Below, piece after piece: positions 36,441 to 45,776 of a stretch of 64,000 nt of DNA. Below the pieces are notes generated by a model. That model did not search any database, was not told the origin of the DNA, and was given only the letters and a program-made list of their open reading frames with translations. The stretch lies in contig CAYNLN010000003.1 of assembly GCA_964398065.1 (NCBI GenBank), forward strand, positions 56,718 through 120,717, read 5' to 3'. Each line of letters starts with the position of its first letter. Within the stretch, counting starts at the first letter, position 1. This DNA is from an uncultured Christensenella sp. (GTDB lineage: Bacteria > Bacillota > Clostridia > Christensenellales > Borkfalkiaceae). The translations under genes and the position numbers were made by a program.

Positions 36441-37322
36441 TTAACTTTTCTTTTTAGTAATATTTTTAAACTTTTCCTCAATTTTTGTTTGGTATTTGCA
36501 ATAGAGCAGAAAAATCAAAACAAAAATTATGAAAATCCCTATCCACACGGGAATTCCCCACCCGCTGAAAGGTATTAATTCGCCCGTGCCGAAAAAGCAC
36601 ACCGCTGCAATGTATACGGGGCGAACAAAAAGCATAACGGCAAAAAAGAAAGTAAACTTCATCTTTGTAAGCCCCGCAACCATACACAATATATCGTCGG
36701 GAAAAAACGGAAGAAGTTGCATTAAAAAAAACAAAACGTTTCCTTTGTTTCCTAAAATATTGACGTACTTTTCGGTCGCTTCTTTGCCGACGCACCAATA
36801 CACCACGGGCTTCCCTGCGAGGCGCCCTATATAAAACGCTATTACCGAACCTAAAACGACGGATGCGTAAGAAATCCAAAAAGCCTGTACGGGTCCGTAT
36901 ATTGCGGTACCCGCAAGATAAAAGATAAACCCCGGAGCGGGCAAAATAATTACTTGAAACAGTTGAAGCAGAATATATATTACGTACCCGTAAGCACCCG
37001 CGTCCAAGATAAGTTGTTTTATTTTTACCAAGTCCTTAAGTCCGTCGAAAAGCCCTAATACGTTGAGAAGGAAAAACGTTCCTACGAAAATCGCCGTTAC
37101 GACGTTGCAAACAAAGGCGGTTTTGTAATAAGATTCCTTTTCAAGAACCGCAAAAACGGCGCACGATACCGTAAACGCCGTTATAAGCCCGTAGATAAGC
37201 ACTTTTAAGTACCATTCGACGGTACTTAAAAACGTTGCCATGATTATGGTCATCGATATGCCTAAAATTAAATTTATCACAAATATCGATACCGTTTGAA
37301 TTTTTTTATTTTTTGTTTTCAT
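36441..37322 (-). CDS. TVP38/TMEM64 (DedA-superfamily, VTT-domain) membrane protein
   Basis: LPAPGFIFYLAGTAIYGP...GSVIAFYIGR...FFPDDILCMVAG motifs. Confidence 0.75.
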   Translation of the reverse strand: MKTKNKKIQTVSIFVINLILGISMTIIMATFLSTVEWYLKVLIYGLITAFTVSCAVFAVLEKESYYKTAFVCNVVTAIFVGTFFLLNVLGLFDGLKDLVKIKQLILDAGAYGYVIYILLQLFQVIILPAPGFIFYLAGTAIYGPVQAFWISYASVVLGSVIAFYIGRLAGKPVVYWCVGKEATEKYVNILGNKGNVLFFLMQLLPFFPDDILCMVAGLTKMKFTFFFAVMLFVRPVYIAAVCFFGTGELIPFSGWGIPVWIGIFIIFVLIFLLYCKYQTKIEEKFKNITKKKS

Positions 37323-37917
37323 CTATACAGTCGTTACAAGATTTTATTCTACGCAAATTTTGCTTAGTATATACCAATAACGAGATACATACGAAAGAAA
37401 TACTTATTCCCATAACTATGCAAGACGTCCAATAAGGAATCTTTTTCCACACGATATGCAACAAAATATTAAAGTACAATACGACTGTGGTTGCCTTGCC
37501 TAAAACGTTTGCGCTGTAAGTCGTGCCCGTTTTGCGTATAACCATTATGCCTTCAATCCCCATTACCGTTTCCTTTAAGGCAAAAATAACCAAAAGCACA
37601 AAGATCGGAGGCGATTTTATGTAGTCGCACATAAGTACGAGCAGAGCAAGTAAAGTCAGCTTATCCGCAATCGGGTCGAGCGCTTTTCCGACCGCAGTTA
37701 TCATATTAAATTTGCGTGCGATTATTCCGTCCGCTATGTCCGACACCGCCGATAACACTATCAATACGACCATAAAAGTTTTGCGCCCTAAAAAATACGA
37801 CCATACTATAAACGGAATAAGCAGTATTCTAAATAGCGTTAAAATGTTAGGTATCGTAAAAAATTTTTCTTTCATTCGTCCACCGCTGTTTACATAATTT
37901 TTCCCAAGTATATACAA
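37306..37917 (-). CDS. CDP-alcohol phosphatidyltransferase-family protein (PgsA-like)
   Basis: IPNILTLFRILLIP and the DGxxAR...G..LDP.ADK motif (SDIADGIIARKFNMITAVGKALDPIADKL). The likely start is the internal MKEKFF. Confidence 0.8.
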   Translation of the reverse strand: MYILGKNYVNSGGRMKEKFFTIPNILTLFRILLIPFIVWSYFLGRKTFMVVLIVLSAVSDIADGIIARKFNMITAVGKALDPIADKLTLLALLVLMCDYIKSPPIFVLLVIFALKETVMGIEGIMVIRKTGTTYSANVLGKATTVVLYFNILLHIVWKKIPYWTSCIVMGISISFVCISLLVYTKQNLRRIKSCNDCIDENKK

Positions 37918-37976
37918 GTATACATTGGTAATTTTACATAAACGTTAAAAATAAGTGTATGTTTTGTTAAAAAACG

Positions 37977-38381
37977 TCAATTTATAGGGAAATACGGCGG
38001 ATTTATCGGTAAAATTACCGAAAATACGTTTGCCGAGCCCGTAAGCGTTATCACGGCGTTGCGCACGTAATGGTAAAGTTCACGCGTGGCTTGCGCTATA
38101 AAACTTTCGTAATCTTCCTTGTTTTGCAAATCGAAAACTTCGTAACACCCGACAAAGGAAACGTATAAATCGAAAATCTTCGGCGCCGTTTCGGTAGACT
38201 CTACCTTAGCGGTCAAAACTATCATCATTTCGTTTTCGCTTACCTTCGAGGTTTTTACCTGACGTTGAAACAATGGTTTTTCTTGCACGGTCTCCTGCGA
38301 GGGTTTTACGGGATTAAGTTTAAAACGGATTTCTTCTGCGTTAATACCTTTAGTTTTGTAATTCATATATATATCCACCAA
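37977..38381 (-). CDS. Hypothetical protein, possibly a SecB-like chaperone fold
   Basis: The pattern FDLYVSFVGCYEV...ATRELYHYVRNAVITLTG...VILPINPPYF resembles the SecB C-terminal region. Weak call. Confidence 0.35.
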   Translation of the reverse strand: MVDIYMNYKTKGINAEEIRFKLNPVKPSQETVQEKPLFQRQVKTSKVSENEMMIVLTAKVESTETAPKIFDLYVSFVGCYEVFDLQNKEDYESFIAQATRELYHYVRNAVITLTGSANVFSVILPINPPYFPIN

Positions 38382-38386
38382 ATAAT

Positions 38387-38416
38387 AAAAAGTAGCGCTA
38401 TAAGCCCGTTATCGGG
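38387..38416 (-). repeat. dispersed motif copy (intergenic, upstream of the 134-aa gene)
   Basis: aaaaagtagcgctataagcccgttatcggg. Confidence 0.85.
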
Positions 38417-38443
38417 CAATTTTAAAGTCAAACACAACTTATG

Positions 38444-39349
38444 TCAGCCGACGACGGAGTCGCAAAAAGCAATTATGTCGTTCTTGGCGGCTTCCCTCGA
38501 AGTATCGTTTAGATATTCGTGCAAAACGCCGTCGTACAAAATAAGCGTTACGCTTTTTACGCCGATTTGCTTATAAGTATCGTAAAGCTTTTCGGTAAGT
38601 TTTGAAAACCCTCCGACGGGGTCGTTAGCGCCGCTCATGATAAGCATAGGCATATCGGGATTGATTTTTGCAAGGTTTTTCTTTCTATAAACCTGTCTAA
38701 GTCCCTTAAAAAAGTATCTGTAAAAATTATACGAGCAAATAAATCCGCAACACGGGTCGTCGTCGTAACGTTTTGCCTCTTCTTCTATAGTAGAAATAAA
38801 GCTGTCGCGTTTTAATTGCTTTTTGTAGCTTTCGAAAGTAATATCGTTAAGAAGTTTAGCGGGTTTGTTTTTACCTTTAAAAGTACATCCTATACCCGCA
38901 ACGATCCCTCCGAAAACGGGAAGCATGCCCGCCATCGAAGCGCTTCCGCCGAATATTACGCCCGATAAATATCGACCGTATTCCTCGACGAAACGTTGCG
39001 TCAAAAAGGAACCGTAGCTATGCGAAAACAATATTATTTTGAGTTCGGGGTACTTTTCGGAATACATTTTGCAAAGCGTCGCCATATCTTTTAAGGTATC
39101 GTTATACATATCGCCTTGAGAAAAGCCGAAAGTTTCCCTATCCGTTTCGCCGTGTCCCCTATGGTCGTCGCCGATAACGAGATAACCTGCGGTATTTAGT
39201 TTTTCGGCAATAAAAGTATACCTTAAAATGTGCTCGCACATGCCGTGCGCGATAAGGACTATCGCCTTAGGGTTTTCAATATCCCATTCGACATAGGAAA
39301 TTCTTTTTCCGTCGTAAGCTGTAAAATTCAAACGTTTCATAATACGCAC
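38444..39349 (-). CDS. Alpha/beta hydrolase (lysophospholipase/monoacylglycerol-lipase-like)
   Basis: HGMCEH oxyanion region and nucleophile elbow FSHSYGS. 301 aa. Overlaps the 3' end of glpK by 13 nt. Confidence 0.75.
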   Translation of the reverse strand: MRIMKRLNFTAYDGKRISYVEWDIENPKAIVLIAHGMCEHILRYTFIAEKLNTAGYLVIGDDHRGHGETDRETFGFSQGDMYNDTLKDMATLCKMYSEKYPELKIILFSHSYGSFLTQRFVEEYGRYLSGVIFGGSASMAGMLPVFGGIVAGIGCTFKGKNKPAKLLNDITFESYKKQLKRDSFISTIEEEAKRYDDDPCCGFICSYNFYRYFFKGLRQVYRKKNLAKINPDMPMLIMSGANDPVGGFSKLTEKLYDTYKQIGVKSVTLILYDGVLHEYLNDTSREAAKNDIIAFCDSVVG

Positions 39350-40791
39350 CTTTCTACGGCTTTAAGCCAATCGTTATATTCTTTGTCGTGACTATTTCGC
39401 GGTTCGTAGGTTTTTACCGCCCCATCCCCCGTGTAGTCATCGATCGAAAGTCCTTTCATACAAAGTTTAATAGCACCGAGTACTGTAGATTCAGTCGAAG
39501 CGGGAACCTCCACCTTGACGCCGAGTTCGTCCGCTTGATACCCCATTAAAAAGCCGTTTGCGGCGGCACCGCCGTCGGCGCGGATGACTTTAAGTTTTAT
39601 TCCGCTTTCGTCTTCCATTATCGAAAACAGTTGCCGCGAGGCAAACGCCATGGCTTCGAGCGCCGCTCTTACGATATGGGCGCGGGAAGTGTTTCTGGTA
39701 ATACCCGTAATAAGCCCGGTTGCGTCGGGTTTCCAATAGGGCGCACCTAAGCCCGTAAAGGCGGGAACGAATGAAACACCGCCCGAATCCTCAACGGAGT
39801 TTGCCAAAAGTTCGCTTTCCGCCGCATCCGTAATTATACCCATTTTATCGCGAAGCCACTGTATTGCGGTCCCTGCGTTAAACACCGAGCCTTCTAACGC
39901 ATAGCACACCTCGCCGTTTGTTTTATAAGCAACCGTGGATAAAATTCCGTTCCGCGAGTCTGTTATGACGCTTCCCGTGTTAAAGAGCATAAACATCCCC
40001 GTTCCGTAAGTAATTTTACCCGTGCCCGCTTGCAAGCAATTTTGTCCGAAAAGCGCCGATTGCTGGTCGCCTATCACTCCGCATATAGGAAAAGATACGC
40101 CTTCGTAAACATATTCGCCCACGTTTGCGTCGTTATCGACTATATCGGGCAAAATATCGCGGGAAATCCCGAAAAGATTTAAAAGCGTTTCGTCGTAATC
40201 GAGCGTATGTATATTAAAAAGCATAGTTCTCGATGCGTTTGTAACGTCGGTTACGAAACTTTTTCCGCCCGTCAGCCTATAGATAAGATAGGTTTCTATA
40301 GTGCCGACCATAAGCCTGCCTTCCGAAAACGCAACTTTTACGGCGTCGACGTTATCTAACAGCCAACGTATTTTGCTTGCCGAAAAGTAAGCGTCGACGA
40401 CAAGCCCCGTTCTCTCTTTTATCAGCGTTTTTGCCTCTTCGCTTAACGCCTCACAATAATCTTTTGTGCGACGACATTGCCAAATAATCGACCTATAGAG
40501 GGGTTTTTGCGTAAATTTATCCCAAGCGACAACGGTTTCACGCATATTGGTAATGCCTATACCCTTTGCCTTTAACTTGGTGTAATCGAGCGCGTCGTTT
40601 AAGCACAAAAGCGTTGACAAATAGATTTCCTCGGCGTCTTCTTCAACCCAGCCCGGATGCGGATAGTATTGGTCGACGGACTTTTGTTTAATAATTTTCA
40701 GTTTTCCGTTTTTCGTGTCGTAGCAGGCAGAACGTATCGATGTAGTACCTGCGTCTATACCTATTATTTTGCTCATATATATATTGTACAC
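39337..40791 (-). CDS. glpK: Glycerol kinase
   Basis: 484 aa with IGIDAGTTS, NMRETVVAWD, IIWQCRRT and GDQQSALFGQ motifs. Confidence 0.9.
   Translation of the reverse strand: MYNIYMSKIIGIDAGTTSIRSACYDTKNGKLKIIKQKSVDQYYPHPGWVEEDAEEIYLSTLLCLNDALDYTKLKAKGIGITNMRETVVAWDKFTQKPLYRSIIWQCRRTKDYCEALSEEAKTLIKERTGLVVDAYFSASKIRWLLDNVDAVKVAFSEGRLMVGTIETYLIYRLTGGKSFVTDVTNASRTMLFNIHTLDYDETLLNLFGISRDILPDIVDNDANVGEYVYEGVSFPICGVIGDQQSALFGQNCLQAGTGKITYGTGMFMLFNTGSVITDSRNGILSTVAYKTNGEVCYALEGSVFNAGTAIQWLRDKMGIITDAAESELLANSVEDSGGVSFVPAFTGLGAPYWKPDATGLITGITRNTSRAHIVRAALEAMAFASRQLFSIMEDESGIKLKVIRADGGAAANGFLMGYQADELGVKVEVPASTESTVLGAIKLCMKGLSIDDYTGDGAVKTYEPRNSHDKEYNDWLKAVERCVL
40483..40508 (+). repeat. dispersed motif copy (coding; encodes KPLYRSIIW in glpK)
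   Basis: aataatcgacctatagaggggttttt. Confidence 0.8.
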
Positions 40792-40915
40792 TATGTTTTT
40801 AACTTTTTCAATAGTTTTTGAAAAATTTCACATTAATTTTTTATAAAAGAAGGCAAAAAGAATAAAAAAACGCCTCGCTAAGATAAAAAACGGCGCTTTT
40901 AGCATAATATATAGT

Positions 40916-41977
40916 ATGAAATCCATTGTATTGACAGGCGGAGGCACCGCAGGGCACGCACTTCCCCACCTTGCCGTGTACCCGTATATAGAAAACGACT
41001 TCGACAAGTTTTATTATATAGGTTCCGAAAACGGAATCGAAAATGAACTTATGAGTAAACACTTCGAGTATTTTAGCATAACTACGACAAAACTTGTGCG
41101 GTCTTTTACGCTTAAAAACTTAAAAATCCCCTATCTTCTTGTAAAAGGCATTAACGAAGCAACGGATATTTTAAAAAAGCTAAAACCTTCGGTCGTGTTC
41201 TCTAAAGGCGGTTACGTAGCGCTACCCGTCACTTTTGCGGCATTTAGATTAAAAATACCAGTAATCGTACACGAATCCGATTACACGATGGGGTTGAGCA
41301 ATAAATTGGTTGCTAAAAAAAGCGACTTTGTTTTAACGTCTTTCGACAATGTGTGCGGCAAGATGAAAAACGGGATTTTTACCGGCCCGCCCGTAAGAGA
41401 ATTCACCTTGCAAAAAAGCCGCGCGCTATCGTTTTTCGGATTTAGCGGACAAAAAAAAGTACTTCTTATCATGGGCGGCAGCAGCGGAAGCCGAACGATA
41501 AATAATGCGATAACGGGCTTATTGCCCGACTTATGCAATAAATACGATGTAATTCATTTATGCGGAAAAGCCACGCCACCGCTACAAAAAAGCGGCTATA
41601 GAAGGCTTCCTTATTTAGAAGACATGTCGCTTGCATACTCTATCGCTTCATTGTGCGTTTCCCGCGCGGGCGCGGGCGCGGCGTTCGAACTTATGAATTT
41701 AAAAATACCGACCTTGTTTATTCCCCTAACGAAAAAAACGTCGAGGGGCGACCAAATACTTAACGCACGCTACTTTTACGAAAGAGGCGCTTGCAATATG
41801 CTGTCGGAAGAAAACTTAACGCCTTCTTCGCTTTCTGCGCATATAGAAACAACGTTAGAAAAAAGGCGGGAATATATCGACAATATGAAAAGCCTTAAAA
41901 ACGTTTGCGGAAGTCAAAACATCGCAAACATAATTAAAAAATACGGAAAGAGCCCTCATTCACACGCTAAAGTTTGA
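40916..41977 (+). CDS. murG: Undecaprenyldiphospho-muramoylpentapeptide beta-N-acetylglucosaminyltransferase
   Basis: LTGGGTAGH N-terminal motif, GGSSGS, and a C-terminal GT28 pattern. 353 aa. Confidence 0.85.
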   Translation: MKSIVLTGGGTAGHALPHLAVYPYIENDFDKFYYIGSENGIENELMSKHFEYFSITTTKLVRSFTLKNLKIPYLLVKGINEATDILKKLKPSVVFSKGGYVALPVTFAAFRLKIPVIVHESDYTMGLSNKLVAKKSDFVLTSFDNVCGKMKNGIFTGPPVREFTLQKSRALSFFGFSGQKKVLLIMGGSSGSRTINNAITGLLPDLCNKYDVIHLCGKATPPLQKSGYRRLPYLEDMSLAYSIASLCVSRAGAGAAFELMNLKIPTLFIPLTKKTSRGDQILNARYFYERGACNMLSEENLTPSSLSAHIETTLEKRREYIDNMKSLKNVCGSQNIANIIKKYGKSPHSHAKV

Positions 41978-42035
41978 CTAAACGGCGACAAAGTGTTATC
42001 ATTGACTTATAATAACTTTATGATATGGTAACCTT

Positions 42036-42389
42036 ATGAAATTTCAGATACTTATAGAACTAGTCTTTTTATTGCTTAGCAAAAGATCAATTACCGTAAA
42101 AGAAATAATGAACCGTTTCGAAATTTCGAGAAGCACCGTATTTAGATACATCGACGAACTAACGCTTGCGTCCGTACCGATTGCCGTTCGACACGGAAGA
42201 AACGGCGGTTTTTATATTCCCGACGACTATAAATTAAGTTACGGCTTTTTTACCGATGCCGAAATACGACTTTTAAAACAAGCGCTTGAAAATATTTCCT
42301 CTTTCGAAAATCGCAAAGACCTCGATTACGATATGGAAAAAACAAAGCGGTCTTTACAAGAAAAACTTTCGGCATTTGTTAAAGACTAA
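42036..42389 (+). CDS. Stand-alone HTH (YafY/DeoR N-terminal-type) transcriptional regulator
   Basis: ITVKEIMNRFEISRSTVFRYIDEL. 117 aa with no WYL domain. Confidence 0.6.
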   Translation: MKFQILIELVFLLLSKRSITVKEIMNRFEISRSTVFRYIDELTLASVPIAVRHGRNGGFYIPDDYKLSYGFFTDAEIRLLKQALENISSFENRKDLDYDMEKTKRSLQEKLSAFVKD

Positions 42390-42562
42390 TGCTTAAAACC
42401 GCATATTTTAATTTTGCACGCCTTCATTATGCATTACGTATAAGAAAGCGTGCGTTTTTTATGAAACAATCACCTTTACCCGAATAAAAGACCAACACTT
42501 AAAAAAAATGTAAATTTAAACAAAATTTCACATAAATTGCAATAACCTTTTCACACAAACCA

Positions 42563-42591
42563 TTGACAAACAGGTAATTTAGTGTTAATAT
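42563..42591 (+). promoter_or_regulatory. sigma-A type promoter for the paralog cluster
   Basis: TTGACA (42563-42568), 17-nt spacer, TAATAT (42586-42591). Confidence 0.55.
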
Positions 42592-42631
42592 ACTATGCGC
42601 AAACATTAAAGTTAACTTTTTATAAACCGTT

Positions 42632-43198
42632 ATGAACCTTAAACAAAAAGAAATAGAACAAACGAAAGCGGATTTAGACGCGTCTTTAGACGCATTTATT
42701 TGCGAAGAAGAATTAAAAATCAAAAAGCAAGAAGAACTTACACGCGTCCTTTACGACGAAATTTGCAAAATTGTCGGTAGCCCGTGTAAAACCGATTATC
42801 GCGGTAAAGAAAGATTTTCATTTGCGCAAGTAACGTCGTATTTAAAAGAAAAATATTCCGCCGTAGAAATCGCTCATAATGAAATCGTCGACTATTTGCC
42901 TAAAGACAGTTCGCTTTTAAGACAAGCAAAAAGATACGGAAGCAACCTTGATTTGCCTTTAAAGGCAAAATTCGGTTACTCGGCTAATCCGGTCGCTTAC
43001 GTTTTACAATCCCCTTGCAAAAACTTGGGCAAAAAGTCTGCAAAAAAAGAAGGTGTTCTTGTAATATTGAGCGAAATTTTCGGCGTTTTGCAAAACGCCT
43101 ACATAAGCCCGGCGTCGAACAGTCTCGTTTTGGAAACCGAACTTATCGTTTTTACCGACAACAAAAGAAAGGTCGAATCCGCTTACTGTCTATCTTAG
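42632..43198 (+). CDS. Hypothetical cytoplasmic protein, paralog family member 1 (188 aa)
   Basis: Shares the ...Y(D/E)EIC..VG.P......G..RFSF.Q...(F/Y)L..K(Y/F).A.E(I/V)... core with 44488-45060, 45170-45714 and 45777-46349. Confidence 0.65.
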   Translation: MNLKQKEIEQTKADLDASLDAFICEEELKIKKQEELTRVLYDEICKIVGSPCKTDYRGKERFSFAQVTSYLKEKYSAVEIAHNEIVDYLPKDSSLLRQAKRYGSNLDLPLKAKFGYSANPVAYVLQSPCKNLGKKSAKKEGVLVILSEIFGVLQNAYISPASNSLVLETELIVFTDNKRKVESAYCLS

Positions 43199-43291
43199 AA
43201 AGGCAAAATCTACTGATTTTAACGTCAGCCTTAACAAAAAACATTTAAGCATGACATAAATTTAAAATTCATAAAAAAGGAGGTAGCTTAA

Positions 43292-44482
43292 ATGAAAAAA
43301 TTAATTTCTTTTTTACTTGTAGTAGCGCTGTTTACTTGCGGAATATTTATTTGCCCCAATGAAACAATCAATGCGGTACACGCATCCGATGAGTATTACA
43401 TGATCGAATACGACGATCGTCCCGACTATACTCCGATCGAATACGATCCCGATATAGAGTATACAGCAGAGGAACTTTGCTACGATTGTTTATGGTGGTA
43501 TAATGTCGAATCGATTGTTTATACGCACGTAAGCGAAACTGAATATATCTATACCGGCACAAAACTGTTTTCAGCGTCCGATATTGACTCTTCTCTCGAC
43601 GGAGAAGACGACGCCTACGTTGACATAACTATTCATTATAACGCCGACGGCGACGAAAGGACACGCTTGGTTTTATCTTGTGAAGATTATTGCTTGGATG
43701 ACGGTATGTATGTCACTCCCGTTTTTTACGGCGAATATTTTGACGGTACGGTTGAATTAGAATTTGACGACCATTCTACAACCGTAATCAATGTTTTTGA
43801 TGACGGAGGAGACGATGGTTTCGAAGACGATGACGACGATATAGAAATCGAATCGAATATCGATTTTCCTAACGCAACTAATGCCGTAACTAATAAAGCC
43901 ACTCCGCGTGTTGCTATAACCGTTTCAACCGGAACGGTTTATCTTCTCGGTGCCCTGCTTGTTTGTATGGTAGGTTTTTTCCAAAAAAACAGAACGTTTC
44001 CTACTTATACGGATTCTGAATTCGGCTATACGGTTCCTTCCTCTTCCGACGTAACCGAGCTCATCAATCGAGTAAAATATAAGTTTGAACAACTTTCGTA
44101 TGAATTAACAGTTGAAATCAGTGAGAAAGTACAAACTGGAAAAGTATATTATATCGTAATACCTATTACTTCAAAAAATGCACATAAGTTTTCTGATTGT
44201 ACCGACGGCGATATGCTTATCTGCCCCGAGGCGATTTCTTTAGAAAATGCAAAAAAAGTACTTAAAGCGGGTTACAGTATTTATACGTTTCGTCCTAAAA
44301 GAGCACGTCATATTTTGACATTAGTCTGGCCTAACGACTATTATTCTCAACACATTACAGCTAAATCTGGTTACTATGACCACTATCACCCATGTATAGG
44401 AAACACCGATCACGAAAGAGTAGGATATATTCGAGGAGTAGAAATATCGATACATAGTTTTTACGGATTTCCCAAGGTTTAA
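43292..44482 (+). CDS. Hypothetical secreted/membrane-anchored protein (signal peptide, acidic ectodomain, one TM, roughly 170-aa C-terminal domain)
   Basis: GGAGG RBS. N-terminal signal MKKLISFLLVVALF... Asp/Glu-rich tract DDGGDDGFEDDDDDIEIE. TM VYLLGALLVCMVGFF. The C-terminus has a GYYDHYHP...H motif. Confidence 0.65.
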   Translation: MKKLISFLLVVALFTCGIFICPNETINAVHASDEYYMIEYDDRPDYTPIEYDPDIEYTAEELCYDCLWWYNVESIVYTHVSETEYIYTGTKLFSASDIDSSLDGEDDAYVDITIHYNADGDERTRLVLSCEDYCLDDGMYVTPVFYGEYFDGTVELEFDDHSTTVINVFDDGGDDGFEDDDDDIEIESNIDFPNATNAVTNKATPRVAITVSTGTVYLLGALLVCMVGFFQKNRTFPTYTDSEFGYTVPSSSDVTELINRVKYKFEQLSYELTVEISEKVQTGKVYYIVIPITSKNAHKFSDCTDGDMLICPEAISLENAKKVLKAGYSIYTFRPKRARHILTLVWPNDYYSQHITAKSGYYDHYHPCIGNTDHERVGYIRGVEISIHSFYGFPKV

Positions 44483-44487
44483 TATTT

Positions 44488-45060
44488 ATGAAAAAGAAAA
44501 AGAACGGAAACAAGAATAATTACAGCTATAATTTAGACCTTGCTTACGAGCGTATCGCTAAGGAAAAAGTAGAAAAACAAGAAAAAGAACTTTCTACCAG
44601 AGCAAGGATTTATGAGGAAATCTGTTCGCTTGTAGGAGAGCCAACTTTACTTGACAGCAAAGGCAGAATAAGGTTTTCCTTTAAACAAAGCGTAGATTTT
44701 TTAATGAAAAAGTTCAACGCATTTGAAGTTTCGATAGAAGAATCTTTTTATTATGTACCCAACGGAGAGACCTTCTTCGAACTTTATCGTCCTCGTGGCG
44801 AAGACGCACTTAACGCTTTATCCGGATGTTATTGTTCTGAAGACATGGTTTCAAAAGTATTAATCGTTCCGATAAAATGGAAATACCTTGGACCACACAC
44901 ACCCTCTAAAGAAGGAGAGGCTATTTATCTCGTGAAAGAAAACGACGTTCTTCGCTATGTTTGGATGAGTCCGCTATACAAATGTTGCGACACAGATCTG
45001 GCAGAAGAAATAGCAATTTTAACGAATAACTGTTATGACTGTGGCCGTAATATTTTGTAA
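44488..45060 (+). CDS. Hypothetical cytoplasmic protein, paralog family member 2 (190 aa)
   Basis: It starts 6 nt after the preceding stop. C-terminus WMSPLYKCCDT. Confidence 0.65.
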   Translation: MKKKKNGNKNNYSYNLDLAYERIAKEKVEKQEKELSTRARIYEEICSLVGEPTLLDSKGRIRFSFKQSVDFLMKKFNAFEVSIEESFYYVPNGETFFELYRPRGEDALNALSGCYCSEDMVSKVLIVPIKWKYLGPHTPSKEGEAIYLVKENDVLRYVWMSPLYKCCDTDLAEEIAILTNNCYDCGRNIL

Positions 45061-45117
45061 ACGTGTGCGTTGCAAAAATTGAACTTCAGACAAAATAAAA
45101 CAACAAACACTTAATAT

Positions 45118-45142
45118 AAACCCGCCTATAAGTCCGTTATCG
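45118..45142 (-). repeat. dispersed motif copy (intergenic, within the paralog cluster)
   Basis: aaacccgcctataagtccgttatcg. Confidence 0.75.
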
Positions 45143-45169
45143 AGAGATTCCGGCAAAAATAATTAAATT

Positions 45170-45714
45170 ATGAAAAAGAAAAAGAACGGTAACAAAAATA
45201 AGACCTTATTTACGAACGTATCGCTAAGGAAAAAGTAGAAAAACAAGAAAAAGAACTTTCTACCCAAGCAAGGATTTATGAGGAAATCTGTTCGCTCGTA
45301 GGCGAGCCTACTTTACTTGACAGCAAAGGGAGAATAAGGTTTTCCTTTAAACAAAGCGTAGATTTTTTAATGAAAAAGTTCAACGCATTTGAAGTTTCGA
45401 TGGATGAATCAATTTTTTATCTACCGCGCGGGGAAAAATATGTTGAGCGTTATATTCAAGTCGAAGAAGCTATCGATAGATTAACGGAATACTCGTATAT
45501 GCCTAAAACGGGAACAAAAGTTTTAATCGTTCCGACGAAATGGGAATACACGGGCCCTTATCCGCCGAGCAAAAAGGGTCTGGTGATTTATCTTGAGGAA
45601 GAAAACGACATTCTTGACCATGCTTGGATGAGTCCGCTATACAAATGTTGTGATACAGCTCTCGAACAAGCAATAGAAATCTTAGCGAATAGCTATTCTA
45701 CCTGGCAATGGTAA
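45170..45714 (+). pseudogene. Frameshifted paralog family member 3
   Basis: The first roughly 230 nt are near-identical to 44488-44720, but a 16-nt deletion after codon 10 gives a stop at 45236-45238. The remaining frame (track ORF 45370-45714) keeps AWMSPLYKCCDT. Confidence 0.75.
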
Positions 45715-45776
45715 TCCGCTAAAGTTGAATTTCGAGCGTAGCAAGACATACGAATACTTAAATATTAAAACAAAAA

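Noticed and set aside
42390-42560. Possible terminator or small RNA between the HTH gene and the paralog cluster (GCACGC...GCGTGC plus T-run).
   Set aside because: The stem is only 6 bp with a roughly 28-nt loop, which is too weak to call by eye.
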